From Hemiscyllium ocellatum (Eukaryota): a stretch of 64,000 nucleotides of DNA. How positions within the stretch are numbered: position 1 is the stretch's first letter; every line of letters starts with the position of its first letter. A model generated the notes under the pieces. That model worked only from the letters and a program-made list of their open reading frames with translations, was not told the DNA's origin and did no database searches. Below are positions 13,588 to 26,589 of the stretch, in pieces. The position numbers were made by a program, and so were the translations under genes. The DNA is taken from the NCBI RefSeq assembly GCF_020745735.1, contig NC_083419.1:61724135-61788134 (forward strand). Reading direction: 5' to 3'.

Positions 13588-13803
13588 TCTGGATTAGAGT
13601 GGTGCTGGAAAAGCACAGCAGTTCAGGCAGCATCGGAAGACCAGGAAAATCGGCGTTTCGGGCAAAAGCCCTTCATCATGAAGGGCTTTTGCCCAAAATG
13701 TTGATTTTCCTGCTCCTTGGATGCTGCCTGAACTGCTGAGCTTTTCCAGCACCACTCTAATTCAGAATCTGGTATCCAGCATCTGCAGTCATTGTTTTTA
13801 CCT
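13588..13803. mobile_element. Fold-back PLE-derived mini-element with 14-bp TSD
   Basis: Left arm 13588-~13677 is the reverse complement of ~13678-13767. Flanked by atggcaagggacat (13574-13587) and atggcgagggacat (13804-13817). Confidence 0.9.
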
Positions 13804-15582
13804 ATGGCGAGGGACATGGCAATGGCATCTTGGATGAAGCAACGTTTACTGAGATTGGACAGCAATGGAAGACACAATACAGAATCCTGCAGAGTGCACC
13901 ATTCGTAAAACCACTGCAGTAAATTTTGTGTGTTAAAAATGTTACAGGTAAATCTGAACAATAACGCTTTAAACATCAGGAATCTCACTTCTATCTAGAA
14001 ACAATTAGGCAGCAGACCCAGGATGCCAGATCATAAATTTTCCAAGATGACTTTGTGACCAAACTAACTGCTTTTATATTCATATTTGAAAAACAGTTAC
14101 TGGAATTATTTCAGAACAAACATTCCCCTTCCTCTTTTGAGTTTCAATTACTTTTACTTCTCCGGTTTCCTAGCCAAAACGTATTTCCTTTGTCCTTTCC
14201 CAATTGCATTTTCCACTCTCAATTAAACTGCAGCAGCGGAGCTGTCGGATAACCAAGATGCTTGAAATCTGTTCTGCCCAGGGCAATGAATGAATAAAGC
14301 ATGGTAATTGCACATTAGGCGGTCACAGAACCTGAGCCGAGATCCTAAATGCATCTAAAAGGTTCACACTCAGTGCAATGGAAATCATGTATTTTCCCCA
14401 GAGTAAAGTGGAATCTTTCATTCAATAAAGCGCAACTAAAAAAAGTTATAAACAATGCTTTATCTATGGCCTCGTGAGTAGTTTGGTAAGATCTGTACTC
14501 TTAGCCAAAGTTCTGACACTTGAGGATTACGGTAAACCGGTGGTTATGTTTTTGGACTAGTATTGGAAACACCTGGACCAATAAGAGAAGGGCAACATTG
14601 CTGCTACTATGGCTGTTTCAGAAGCTGAACTCACTTCAAAAAACACAATCCTGTAATAAACTCATTTTAGTGACAATGATCTGGTAGATGATCATAAATC
14701 CCAAATGGGTCACATTTTTTTTTTAAAAAGAGAAGGGAGTCTACAGAGATGTAAAGATGAGCAAATGGAGGGTTAGTGAAGGTGATTTGGCTTATATGGA
14801 CATCCCAGAAAGAGTCCGATAAAGAGTCCCACCTTACGGCTTTGTCAGTAAATGTAGACGCACGTGAATTCCAAGGACAGTGCCAGCACAGTTCCAACAT
14901 TGGCTGAGTGATAGAAAGCAGACGGTATAGCTGTTTCTGTGACTGGGGAAGATATACAGTGAGGTTTCCCTTGCATCAGTCTTAGGTACATTGTTTCTCT
15001 TCATCTATGTTAATAATCTTGGGTATGCAAGGCACAATTTCAAATGTACCAGTCATAAAACGTGGATTATACTGCTATGTGAGAGGAGAAAGCAATAAAT
15101 TTCAAGAATACAGAAGACGACAGGCTAGTGGAATGGGCAGGCATATGGCAGATAAACCTCCATGCAGAGAAATGTGAAGTAGTACATTTCAACAGGAAGA
15201 GTAAGGAGAAGCAATATATAAGTTGCAATTCAACAATGTTCAAGAGCAGGAGGACAAGAGACTAAGTGAGGACAGTACTTGGGTATTGGAGGTGGCAGAG
15301 CAGGTTGAAAAAGCTGTTAACAGGATCCAGGGATTAAAAGTAGACGCATGGAGTGTAAAAGCAGAGATTATTATGAACATTGTCCCAACTGGAATACGGT
15401 GGTTAGTTCCATACACTGCACATCAGGAAGGTCATGACTGAAGGACCAGTAATCCAAAGACGAGACAAACAATCATGCAACATGGGCTCAAATACCACCA
15501 TGACAGATGGTGAAATTTGCATCCAATAAAAAAAATGGATTTTAAAAAAATCTAATGGCAGAAAAGATTTTCAATCAACAGT

Positions 15583-17272
15583 GATATTTGTATCATTGAT
15601 AGTCACAGGTGAGGTGTCCGAGGACTGGAGGTTGGCAAATGTGGTGCCGCTGTTTAAGAAAGGTGGTAAGGACAAGTTAAGGAACTGTAGACCAGCAAGC
15701 CTGAAGTCAGTGGTGGGTAAGAGTAACCCACCCAGCCTCTGACTAAGGGCAATTTAACGTGGCCAATTCACCTGACCTGCACATCTTTGGACTGAGAGGG
15801 GAAACTGGAGCACCCGGAGGAAACCCACGCAGACATGGGGAGAATGTGCAAACTTCACACAGACAGTCACCCAAGGCTGGAATCAAACCTGGGACCCTGG
15901 TGCTGTGAGGCAGCAGTGCTAACCACTGAGCCACCGTGCCGGCCCTTGTTGATGGAGGGAATCCTGAGGGACAGGATGCACAGGATGTATTTGGAAAGGC
16001 AAGGACTGATTCGGTATAGTCAACATGGCTTCGTGCGTGGGAAATCATGTCTCACAAACTTGATTGAGTTTTTTGAAGTAACAAAGAGAATTGATAACGG
16101 CAGGCAGTAGACATGATTTATACGAACTTCAGTAAGGTGTTCGACAAGGACGCCCATGGGAAACTGGTTAGCAAGGTTAGATCTCATGGTATACAGTGCA
16201 AACTAGCCATTTGGATACAGAACTGCCTCAAAGGTAGAAGACACAGGGTGATGGTGGAGGGTTGTTTTTCAGACTGGAGGCCTGTGACCAGTGGAGGGTC
16301 ACAAGGATCAGTGCTGGGTCCACTACTTTTCATCATTTATAGAAATGATTTGGATATGAGCATAAGAAGTATAGTTAGTAAGTTTGCAAATGACACCAAA
16401 ATTGGAGGTGTAGTGGACCCAGCACTACAAAGAAGGTTGCCTCAGATTACAATGGACCAATGGGCTGAGAAGTGGCAGATGGAGTTTAATTTAGATAATG
16501 CGAGGTGCTGCATTTTTGTAAAGCAAATCTTAGCAGGACTTACACACTTAATGGTCAGATTCTGGGGAGTGTTGCTGAGCAAAGAGACCTTGGAGTGTAG
16601 GTTCATAGCTCTTTGAAAGTAGAGTCATAGGTAGATAGGACAGTGAAGAAAAGTTTGGTATGCTTTCCTTTATTGGTCAGTGTATTGAGTACAAGAGTTG
16701 GGAGGTCATATTGTGGCTGTACAGGGCATTGGTTAGGCCACTTTTGGAATATTGTGTGCAATTCTGATCTCCTTCCTATCAGAAAGATGTTATGAAACTT
16801 GAAAGAGTTCAGAAAGGATTTACAAACATGTTGCCAGGTTTGGAAGATTTGAGATATAGGGAGAGGTTGAATAGGCTGGGGCTGTTTTCCCTGGAGCATC
16901 GGAGGCTGAGGGGTGACTTTACAGAGGTTTATAAAATCATGAGGGACATGGATAGGATAAATAGATAAAGTTTATTTCTCCAGAGTGAGGGTTAGTCCAG
17001 AACTAGAGGGCATAGGTTTAGGGTGAGAGGGGAAAGATATAAAAGAGACCTAAGGGGCTACCTTTTCACGCAGAGGGTGGTACGTGTATGGAATGAGCTG
17101 ATGGAGGAAGTGGTAGAGGCTCATACAATTCCAACATTTAAAAGGCATCTAGATGGGTATATGAATAGGAAGGGTTTGGACGGATATGGGCCAGGTGTTG
17201 GCAGAGGGGATGTGTGGTCGGCATGGACGAGTTGGACTGAAGGGTCTGTTTCCATGTTGTACATCTCTATGA
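15583..17272 (+). mobile_element. CR1 (HER1-like) LINE, 5'-truncated, with nested SINE
   Basis: Closely similar to 7929-9728. SQHGFVRGKSCLTNLIEFFE, QGSVLGPLLF and FANDTK motifs; same 3' UTR. Confidence 0.96.
15721..15945 (-). mobile_element. HE1-type SINE lacking its LINE-derived 3' tail, nested in CR1
   Basis: Reverse complement of head and core. Ends at ...gggtgggttactc with no gggccgaagggcc/tail segment. Confidence 0.9.
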
Positions 17273-17454
17273 GAGTGCTTGCACAGTCACCATTTGGTTA
17301 ACTTTTCATACTGAATTTTTATTAGTATTAATTTACACCATTTGCCATGGGAGTGATTCCCCAGAACATTAGCCTGGAGGTCTAGATTACTAGTCGTAAT
17401 AATGTCACTTCCCCACTCATAATTCAGAATGAGTAATAAATGCTGGCTTTGATT

Positions 17455-17790
17455 TTTAAAACTTCATTCACAAGATGTGGGTGTCGCTGGCTAGGCCAGC
17501 ATTTATTGTCCATCCCTAATTGCTTGGAGCACAGTTAAAAGTCGACCATATTGATGCGGATCTGCAGTCACATGTAGACCAGACCAGGTAAGGTTGGCAG
17601 TTTCCTTTCCTAAAGGACTTCAGTGAACCAGTTGTGTTTTTCCAACATTCAATGGTTTCACGATCATTATTAGACCCTTAACTCCAGAATTTTTAAAATT
17701 GAATTCCAACAGCTACCATGGTGGGATTTGAATCCAAGTCCCTATAATTTTAACTGGGTCTCTGTATTAATAGTCTAGCAATGATCCAAA
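17455..17790 (-). mobile_element. Second tRNA-derived SINE family whose tail is shared with a LINE 3' end
   Basis: Matches the copies at 35612-35952 (+) and 61830-62100 (-). The tail gggcaataaatgctggcc...cccacatc is also the end of the LINE fragments at 24950-25350 and 43660-44190. Confidence 0.7.
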
Positions 17791-17937
17791 CAGGCCGTTG
17801 CTTATAGTTAATAAATGAATGAAAATGATTGGATGGTACAGTTGGAAAATATAGTTTTCCTCAAGCGAAGCTGTCCCTCCCAATGAAATAATCTTCAGAA
17901 TAGTGTGAACCAAATTCTTACACCTTTTCAAACACAC

Positions 17938-18127
17938 CTGTACAGAAAGTAGGCAGTTCCAAGTCAACAGAAGCATGCCAAGACCAAACACTGCAGTTGC
18001 CACATTCCTCACGTCCCACAAAGACTCCACCAATGGGATGCTCCCTACTTGCCAGTCATAGCAGAGGGTCATCGGTGCTAACAGAAGCCAAGCATTGAAG
18101 GACAGCAGATAGGAGTATGTGAGAAAC
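17938..18127 (-). CDS. TMTC1: TMTC1 internal exon, 190 nt: (R)[63 protein letters not shown]
   Basis: Acceptor ttctttctgttcacaatgcag|G and donor CAG|gtgtgt. [14 protein letters not shown] is characteristic of TMTC1. Overlaps ORF-track entry 17767..18072. Confidence 0.97.
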
Positions 18128-18141
18128 CTGCATTGTGAACA

Positions 18142-18510
18142 GAAAGAATTGAACTTTTATACAACACTTTCTACAGATTAAAAAAAATCACAAAAGGTGA
18201 TGCAGTTTGACTCTTGCAGGAAAAACAGCAATTAAATTATGCACAGCAAGATCTCACAAACAACAATGCAATCTATTTCAGTATTTTGGTCAAGGGATTG
18301 GTATTGGCATTGGCCAAGAGAATTCCCTTGCTCTTCTATGATACAAGTGGAAAGGGATCTTTTACAGTCATGTTCGAGGACAGTCCTGTTATCTCATCAT
18401 CCAAAAGATGGTCCCTCCAACAGTATAGCACTCTCTCAGTACTGGATGGAATCTCAGTTTGTATTGAACCTCAAACCTCTGGAGGTGTGACTCAACAAAG
18501 AACCTTCTGC
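18142..18510 (-). mobile_element. Old Deu-domain SINE remnant (SacSINE1/AmnSINE1-like)
   Basis: The reverse complement contains cagtactgagagagtgctatactgttggaggg, aaaagatccc, gaagagcaagggaattctc and attgttgtttgtgagatcttgctgtgcat in the order I recall for the Deu-SINE consensus. Confidence 0.7.
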
Positions 18511-19412
18511 CCTGGAGAGAAGTATTTGAAACATCATCGTAATGTGTGAACATCAACAATGAAAACTAAGGAGGACATTAAACAAAGGAACATGAAATGA
18601 AACTTAAGAATAAATCAAAGTTACACAACTGTTGAACAAGAGGCCTGTAGACATGAATGCTCCCAAGATTCAACTGGTGGCCAGGCGCTCAACTGATGCA
18701 GTGGTGGGACACTATAGTCAGCTTTGAACAAGACCGGTTTTATCCTTCTGTCATTCAAAATCATGGCCAACCTTCTATCCAACATTTCCTACAGGTCCCT
18801 TCATTGTTAGAAAATCCAACAGTGTCAGCCTTGAACAGATTCAATGACTAAATGTCCATTGACCTTGGAATAGTGAATTTGAAGATTCAAACTCATCTTT
18901 CTCTCAAGCTCATCTGACTTTGGCTTGTTCTAGGAGGGTGAATTTGCAATTGAGACTCCCTAGCCAGTCAAAACATCCTCCCAGCATTTACCCTGCCAAG
19001 CCCCTTAAGAATTTTTCATGTTTCAGTGACGTCATCTTGCATTCTTCGAAATTCAACAGGATAACGTCAGGAGTGTGATGGAATACTCTCCACCTGCCTG
19101 GATGGGTGAAGTTCCACAACACTCAAGGTGCTCAACACCATCCATCCCCCACTGTAGATATAGCTGATCACAATTGGAACAACAAGTAGAATCCAACAGT
19201 TGACCATATGACCCTTGTAGAGACCCTAAAGCAAGATCTGAATCTAAAGCCCAGCAAGGATAAAGAGAGTGTCCAATCTACTGTACCAAACAGTTCCCTG
19301 GTTTAATTGGGAAACTGACTCAAGTAAGAGAAGGTTGGTGCTTGAACCTGAGAAGTGTAATTTTAAGAGACACTGAGCCCTTGAGTGTGTTAGGACTTAG
19401 ACAGGATTGTAC

Positions 19413-19516
19413 CTAGTGAGGAAGTAAGGGGAGAACGAAGCTGGGTTATCTTGCTCTGAGAAGTTCGGCATGGAGCCTGCCATGATCCACACACGGAAAA
19501 ACAGGATGAGGAGAAC
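19413..19516 (-). CDS. TMTC1: TMTC1 internal exon, 104 nt: VLLILFFRVWIMAGSMPNFSEQDNPASFSPYFLT(R), start of the DUF1736 region
   Basis: Acceptor ctgcctctctttctag|GTT and donor ACTAG|gtacaa. Contains the TMTC-family FSEQDNPASF motif. The phase 2 end matches the next exon. Confidence 0.95.
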
Positions 19517-21809
19517 CTAGAAAGAGAGGCAGACAGAGTCAGCATAATATATATTTGGCAACACACTACCAGCCAGTATAACACAAACAGAATGCTTCAT
19601 ATGTTTCAATAGTCCACAACACAAACAAAGGTAGCACTTCCAAATCTGAACCAGAAGGTCATGGGTTCAAGTCCCATTTCCACGCTAAAACAAACTAAAG
19701 CCGACTGACCAGTGAAAATGGTCAGATTGGCATCAGTTTGAGAACATGAGAGATCTTCTTGGGAATATGACCAGCATTTATCGCTCAATCAACCAAAAGA
19801 AAACAATCAGACCATCAGCACATTGCAGTGATTCCACGAATTGATCTCAGACAGCAATGTGGAAGTAGGCCATTTGGGCAATCAAGTCCGTACTGACCCC
19901 AAAGAGCATCCCAAACCCCTACCCTATCCCTCGCATTTTCCACAGCTAACCACCCAACCTACACTTCTTTGGACTGTGGGAGACATGGTGAGAAAGTGCA
20001 AATTCCACACAGAAAGTCGCCCAAGGGGTGGAATCAAACACAGGTCCCTGATGCTGTGAGACAGCAGTGCTAACCATTGCCACTCCATGCACTTGGGGAG
20101 ATCCTGAGTTTGTGAATGGTGCTAGATAAATGCAAGACTGCATCCTGGCATGGCAGAGCTGACCAAATCAGGAAGGATTGAGTGGAATGGGCACATATTT
20201 GTTGGAGTGGATTCAAAGATTGAAAGGTGATTTCATTAAAACGTATAAAATTCTGAGGACCCTTGACAAGATAAAAACCAAAAGATATGTTTAAACAATG
20301 GTAGAAGCAGGATTATTGCCTCAGGATTAGGGATTTGCCACTCAGGACTGAGATGAGAAATCTCTTCAGACGTTTATGAATTTTTGGAATTCTCCAGTAC
20401 AGAAGCTAATTGTTGAATTGATTTAACTCTGAAATTGTTAGATTTTTTTGACATCCAGGGGAAGTGAACAATATAGAGCCAAAAGGGGAAACAGGAGTTG
20501 ATGCAGAAAATCAGTTGTGACCTTTCAAAATAATGGCGCAGGGTCAACAGAGTATGAGGTCTCCTGCTGCTCCTATTGCTCAGATTCGTACATTCCAAAT
20601 CTTGCTCTTCCTTTGGAAGTCAGTGTTTTCCCCATCTCTCCAGAGAAAGCATTTTTGGGTTTGATTCTCACTTTGAGTGAGCTACACACAACAGATTATA
20701 CATTAGGTTAAAATAGTGCAAGTGGAACTTTAATATGTGCGAAAGTTCTTAACATGTCCATGTTTTTTGGTGTGGTGATGTTAGTCCTGCAGACATTCTG
20801 GCACAACGTGAGATAATACTTAAGGATGAATTCCTGTCAAGGAAAAGGTAGATCCAAGGTCAGGTGCTAGAGGTGGCACAGCTTGGCTACCAGCGCTGCC
20901 AGATGGCAGCAGATGGGCAAGGAACATAATCTTGCCACATCACCATTACTTGCCTGACAGGGCACTGCTACATTAGCTTTCACAGTCCTGTCATCTAGTG
21001 TTAGCCCTCTCATCATTTCCTCAGTCTCCGGATGTCAAGGTTATCATTAATTGTCATTGCTTTCAGGCCACCTCACAACAGTGTGGAATCAAGGGTGATT
21101 GGGAGAAGGCAGGAAAGGGCAGCTGAGAATTATCAGATCATCCGTGACCTAATTGAATAGCAGAGCGGGCTTGATGGGCAGAATGGCCGACTTCTGTTCC
21201 TACATCTTACGGTCTTCACAGTAGCCCCTAATCTAAGAGTTGACAAAAATACAGCATTCTTTTACTTTCACAAAAAGGAAATGAAGTAAACAGAATTTAA
21301 AAAGCAATTTTCGGCCCTGAAAAATATTTAATGAGCTCAAATTATTTTGTAGCATTTCATTTTAAGTGAAATTTTGAGGTTGAAGGGATAAAACTCAAGT
21401 TATATGATGAGGTAAATTGCTCCTTGTGAAGGCCAGCGCAGACACAACAGACCGAATGGCCTCTGCTGTGCTGTGATTCTATGAAGCTGAACAACGCAGA
21501 AGCCTTTAATTAGAATAAATTGATAATAAATGTAAACTCTCTCAGGTTGAGAAGTGACATTTGTTACTGAACTGCAAGTCCACTTTGATTAGATTAACTG
21601 TGTACTGAATGAGAAGCACAGAAGATTTAGGGAATTTCAAGTTCTATCCCATTAATGTCAATTTGCCACATGCTCAGAGAACTCCACGCATCTGTAATAT
21701 AGCCCCAAAAGCCACAAAAACCGATAGACTGCAGAATCGGAGACACTAAAGTTTACTCTCACTTATTCTTTCCTGCTGAGAAATCCCACCTCTATGCCTC
21801 CAGCTGTAG

Positions 21810-22140
21810 CTTAGTTCTAGCACTCTTGCTCCAGAACTCAAAGATTCTGAATTCCAAAGGCTGGAACGCAAAAATTAGATGGACTTTTCCGTGCTGCAAT
21901 ACTTGAGGTGCTGCTTTCCAGCTGAGATGACCTGCCTTCTGTCCAGCCAAGGAGATAAGGATCCCAAGCTAATATTCCAAGATTAATAGGTGAATTCACC
22001 CAGTGTCCAGGCCAACATTTTACCCTTCCATCATTATTATTAGTAGAGATTAACGCTTTGACCTATGCTATCACTAACTGTCAGACCCTCCAAAGAGCAA
22101 ATTGGTTACTACCCTCCTTTCAGTGGCCACACTGCAAAAA
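21810..22140 (+). mobile_element. Old Deu-domain SINE remnant
   Basis: gtgctgcaatacttgaggtgctgctttcc...ggatccc...ccagtgtccaggccaacattttaccc. Similar remnants occur at ~45700-46070 (-), ~63350-63700 (-), ~39840-40080 (-) and ~35230-35410 (+). Confidence 0.6.
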
Positions 22141-22314
22141 AAGTCAGGTATGAGTCCCAAAGTCCCAAAGGGTAGAGTGTTTTCTTTCATAGTGGTCTCC
22201 CACATATTTCAAAACTCTGACCAAAATCATAGAAGAAATCCCAATGGTTTAAAATTCTGATGGTGGCTTAAGTCCTTCCAGTTTTCTCAAACTTAATTAA
22301 TTTTAGAGGCATCA

Positions 22315-23355
22315 AGTCACAGAGATTTACAAGACGGAAACAGACCCTTCGGTACAACTCGCCAATGCCAACCAGATTTCCAAAATTAATCTCATCCCAT
22401 TTGCCAGCATTTGACACATATCCCTCTCAACCCTTTCTATTCACCACCCATCCAGATGCCTTTTAAATGTTGTCATTGTATCAGCCTCTACCACTTCCTC
22501 TGGCAGTTCATTCCATACACGCACCACCTTCTGCACAAAAAAGTTGCCCATTAGGTCCCTTTTAAATCTTTCTCCTCTCATGATAAACCTATACCCTCTA
22601 GAACTGCACTTCCTTACCCTGGGGAAAAGACCTGGCTATTCACTTTATCCATGCCCCTCATTATTTGATAAACCTCTATGAGGTCACCCCTCAGCCTCTG
22701 ACGCTCCAGGGAAAACAGCCCCAGCCTATTAGTGGGTGGCACGGTGGCACAGTGGTTAGCACTGCTGCCTCACAGCGCCTGAGACCCGGGTTCAATTCCT
22801 GACTCAGACGACTGATTGTGTGGAGTTTGCACATTCTCCCCATGTCTGCGTGGGTTTCCTCTGGGTGCTCCGGTTTCCTCCCACAGTCCAAAGATGTGCG
22901 GGTCAGGTGGATTGGCCATGCTAAATTGCCCGTAGTGTTAGGTAAGGGGTAAAATGTAGGGGTATGGGTGGGTTGCGCTTCGGCGGGTCAGTGTGGACTG
23001 GTTGGGCCGAAGGGCCTGTTTCCACACTGTAAGTAATCTAATCTAATCTATTCAACCTCTCCCTATAGCTCAAGCCCTCTAACCCCAGCAACATGCTTGT
23101 AAATCTTTCCTGAACCCTTTCAAGTTTAACAGCATCTTTCCTCTAGCAGGGAGATCAGAATTAAACAGTATTCCAACCATGGCCTAACCAATATCCTTTA
23201 CAATCATAACATGACCTCCCAACTCCTATACTCAATGTACTGACCAATGAAGGTAAGCGTACCAAATACCACCTTTACCACCCAGTCAACAACGCACCTG
23301 CACCCAAGGTTTTTTTTATTAACACTCCCCCAGGCTCTACCATTAAGTATATAAG
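22315..23355 (-). mobile_element. CR1 (HER1-like) LINE 3' portion with nested SINE
   Basis: Reverse complement of the 3' ~700 bp of the copies at 7929 and 15583. Confidence 0.93.
22731..23047 (+). mobile_element. Full-length HE1-type SINE nested in CR1
   Basis: Head, core and (ctaat)n tail all present. Target duplication ctatt at 22726-22730 and 23048-23052. Confidence 0.95.
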
Positions 23356-24949
23356 TCCTTTAGTTATTTAATAGGTAATTTAATCATTTATTAATTTAAA
23401 ATAAATAATTTAGAGGTTCACTGACAGGCAACAATGCAATTGAACTTACAATGCAGAACAAATGAACCCATCTTCAGGTCACAGAATTCACCTGACCTCT
23501 GCACCTTCATTTATGGGTCACTTGTTCTATTGTGTAACGGGGAGTCAAAAACTGTGTTGAGACAGTGAGCCTTAGCTGGCAGGGAAGTAAGAACTGGCCT
23601 CAGTGTCATGCATCAGGAAGGAGACAAATGCCTTCATTTATGGGTTTCAGATGGATGTCAGCACTGATGGGTACTGGATAGGATTGGGATGGCCTGTCGT
23701 TATGGTGAATGGCTAAATTGCCCAGTTAAGTACTGAAATGTAGCAGTACCTTTACCGAGGAACCAACACCTTCAAGAATGGCAGTGGAGGACATAAAACT
23801 GAAGGATGGAATATTCACTTACAACCCATTATGTAGTGAAGCTAGAATTAATATTCATATTACGATCAGCTTGGCAGAAAGTGAGGACTGAGGATTAAAC
23901 AGGCCACAGAGGCTGCTGGCTTTTGATGGTGTCCTCAGCTGTCATTTTAATTTACCAAATTGATTTATTTTCCCACATGACCTCAGAAACAATCGGCCTG
24001 AAAGCCTTGGATTTCAAATGCAGTTTGAAGTTGCAATGAGTCAAGCTTGAACGGCACAAACCTCCCAGCAGAATAGTAAATTCAACAGAAATGAGGCCCA
24101 CGATAAGCCAAAGTTCCAAACTGCCAACTCCAGACGGCATAGGCTTTTCACACGACCACAATGAGCACCCAGGGCAGTGCTCGACCGCACAAACTCATGC
24201 AGTGCTAGGCAAGTAATCATTTGACATTGTAACCTTCCTGTGAAAGGATGTGCAAATTTGGCTCAAAGAAGGTCAGGCTATCGCAAGGTGCAAACAAGTG
24301 GAATTATAGAGACACTTTCACACCATTACTCCTGCACTGGGTTTTCATTTGGCAATTTACCTTAAGTGGAGTGGGTTTGCGGGGAAGTCAAAAGACATAA
24401 GGGCCTCCCCTGCTATCTCAAAGCTCCAGTTTACATTAATTTCTAGGCAGATTTTGCTGTGTAGACTCAAGAAAAAAATTGATTCCCACTCAACTCCAAA
24501 ATATACCCATCTCCCAGCACAAACTCCACCAAATGACAATATGGATTTTTCAGCTTTGTCTTGGGTCTGTGGTTTATGTAACACTAATGAATGGAGACTG
24601 TGGGGCCCTCACTAATGGAAGTCAGCCAGTCAGCTGGAAATGGACACTCAATGCAAGTTGACAGCTGGGCTTTCTGCTTGAATATTGGTGCATTGACGTG
24701 GAATTTGTGGCGCTTCAGTGGCTGTAAATTAACTGCTGACTAAGGGTGTCCCTGTACTCAGATGCATGCCAATGAACAAAGGAAACCAATGAAAATAGCA
24801 GCTCATGACACCCAGAGTAAAGTGCTATTGTCACCTTACACCCAACACTACAAAAACTGACAGCAGCATAATCTTGGCAGAACATTTGGGATTGCTAAAG
24901 AAATTCAGGAACTGATTCACCCTTGCTGCTGAGTTCAATGCTCCCTGTA

Positions 24950-25350
24950 CTTTTTTTTTGTTCTTTTGTGGGACATGGGTGTCGCTGACTGGGCCAGCAT
25001 TTATTGCCATCATTAGTTGCCCTTGAGAAGGTGGTAATGAGCTGCCTCCTTGAACTGCTGCAGTCCACCTGCTGTGGGTTGACCCACAATGCCATTGGGA
25101 AGGGAATTAGAGGATTGTGACCCAGCGACAGTGAAGGAATGGTGCTATATTTCCAAGTCAGGATGGTGAGTGACTTGGAGGAGAACTTGCAAGGAGTGAT
25201 GTTCCCATGTATCTGCTGTCCTTGTCCTTCTAGATGGAAGTGATTTTGAGTTTGGAAGGCACCGTCTGAGGACATTTGGTGAATTTCTGCAGTGCATCTT
25301 GTAGATAGTGCACACTATTGCTACTGAGCATCAGTGGTGGAGGGAGTGGA
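24950..25350 (-). mobile_element. LINE 3' end (CR1/L2 group); related copy at ~43660-44190 (+)
   Basis: gggacatgggtgtcgctgactgggccagcatttattgccat...ccttgagaaggtggt; the reverse complement recurs at 44118-44190. Confidence 0.7.
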
Positions 25351-26589
25351 TGTAGTGCCAATCTATTATTAAGGAAGATGTTGATTTGAGATCTGCAAGA
25401 ACAATCTTCCACACATACCATTGCAGACATCATTGTCTGGTCACGGGTTCTATGCAGAAACCACCCTATAGGACATAGGAGTGAAAGTAAGGCCATTCAG
25501 CCCATCGGGTCCATCCGCCATTCAATCGTGGCTGATGGGCACTTCAACAGCCACCTACTTCGGTTCTATCAATCTGCCTGAATCTAATGCACCACATGTT
25601 AAGTATCCCAGTGACAATTCTTGTCTAGCTTAGAGCTTTTCTAAGCCTAAAGAATGCAATTTGCTCTGGAAGAAGTTTTTTTTTATTTACTTGGAATCCT
25701 CTATCAATTTGTTGGTAAATAAGTCCAGACATTAACTTAGCCTCTTGCAAATTGCTTAACAATGTGCCATCACCAGCTTTTGGAGAACAAATGAAAACAC
25801 GGAAGACATTCTATGCATTCCTCACTGGTTGGACCAGCCACTGTAGGCGCAAGTTCCACTGACCTGAGCTTTGGCTGATAAAAGCCTATAGGTGTTGGAA
25901 ACTGTGGCAAAGTTGTGGGAATGGTAAAATGCAAACATTAGTACTGAATTACCCATCTTGCCCTCACATGTAATGGCTTGCCACTGTAAGGACTTCAACC
26001 TAAAATTCTCTAGTCTCCCAATATTGTTCCAATGCAACTATAAAAGAGGCCTGAATGCCAGTGGTTAGCATAAAGAGTCTGTACTGCAGTAAAGATTATT
26101 CACCCGAGAGAGTCTGGCTCATAAATACAGCAAAAAGAAACTTCTAATTCTCCCTCAATTCTAGCCTTGTCTGACATTTCAACTTGACAACTTGCTTTGT
26201 TAGCACTAGGTTTTAGTAGAGTTTATGCAAAGGTCACTTAAACCACTGCAGCGTCACCAAGGGGAGGGAAGACAAACAGTGCACTGGTGATTGAAACAGA
26301 ACATAACCGAGAGCCTTCTCAATTTGTTCCAAGTTTACTTCAAACTTCCACTTCAAAAAAAACAAATTGTAGTGGGTTTAACAGAGAAAAGAAAACCACC
26401 ACGAGAATTAAACAGACAAAAGACGCTTAAATAAGGTGTTACTAAAAGGCGACCACACAGGATTGAAGCTTGCAGTATTTGCAGTAATGTAACTAATGAA
26501 AGAGAACAGAAAGTCAGGACAAACAAACCATTTTCCATTTGGCAAAATGTAACAGCAGTCTGCCGCAGGGATCTGTGTTGGGGGGTGGG

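Noticed and set aside
26395-26520. Exon-like minus-strand segment with a good pyrimidine tract (ctttctgttctctttcattag)
   Set aside because: Stops occur in the frames compatible with TMTC1, there is no convincing donor, and the true exon for this position is 31793-31874.
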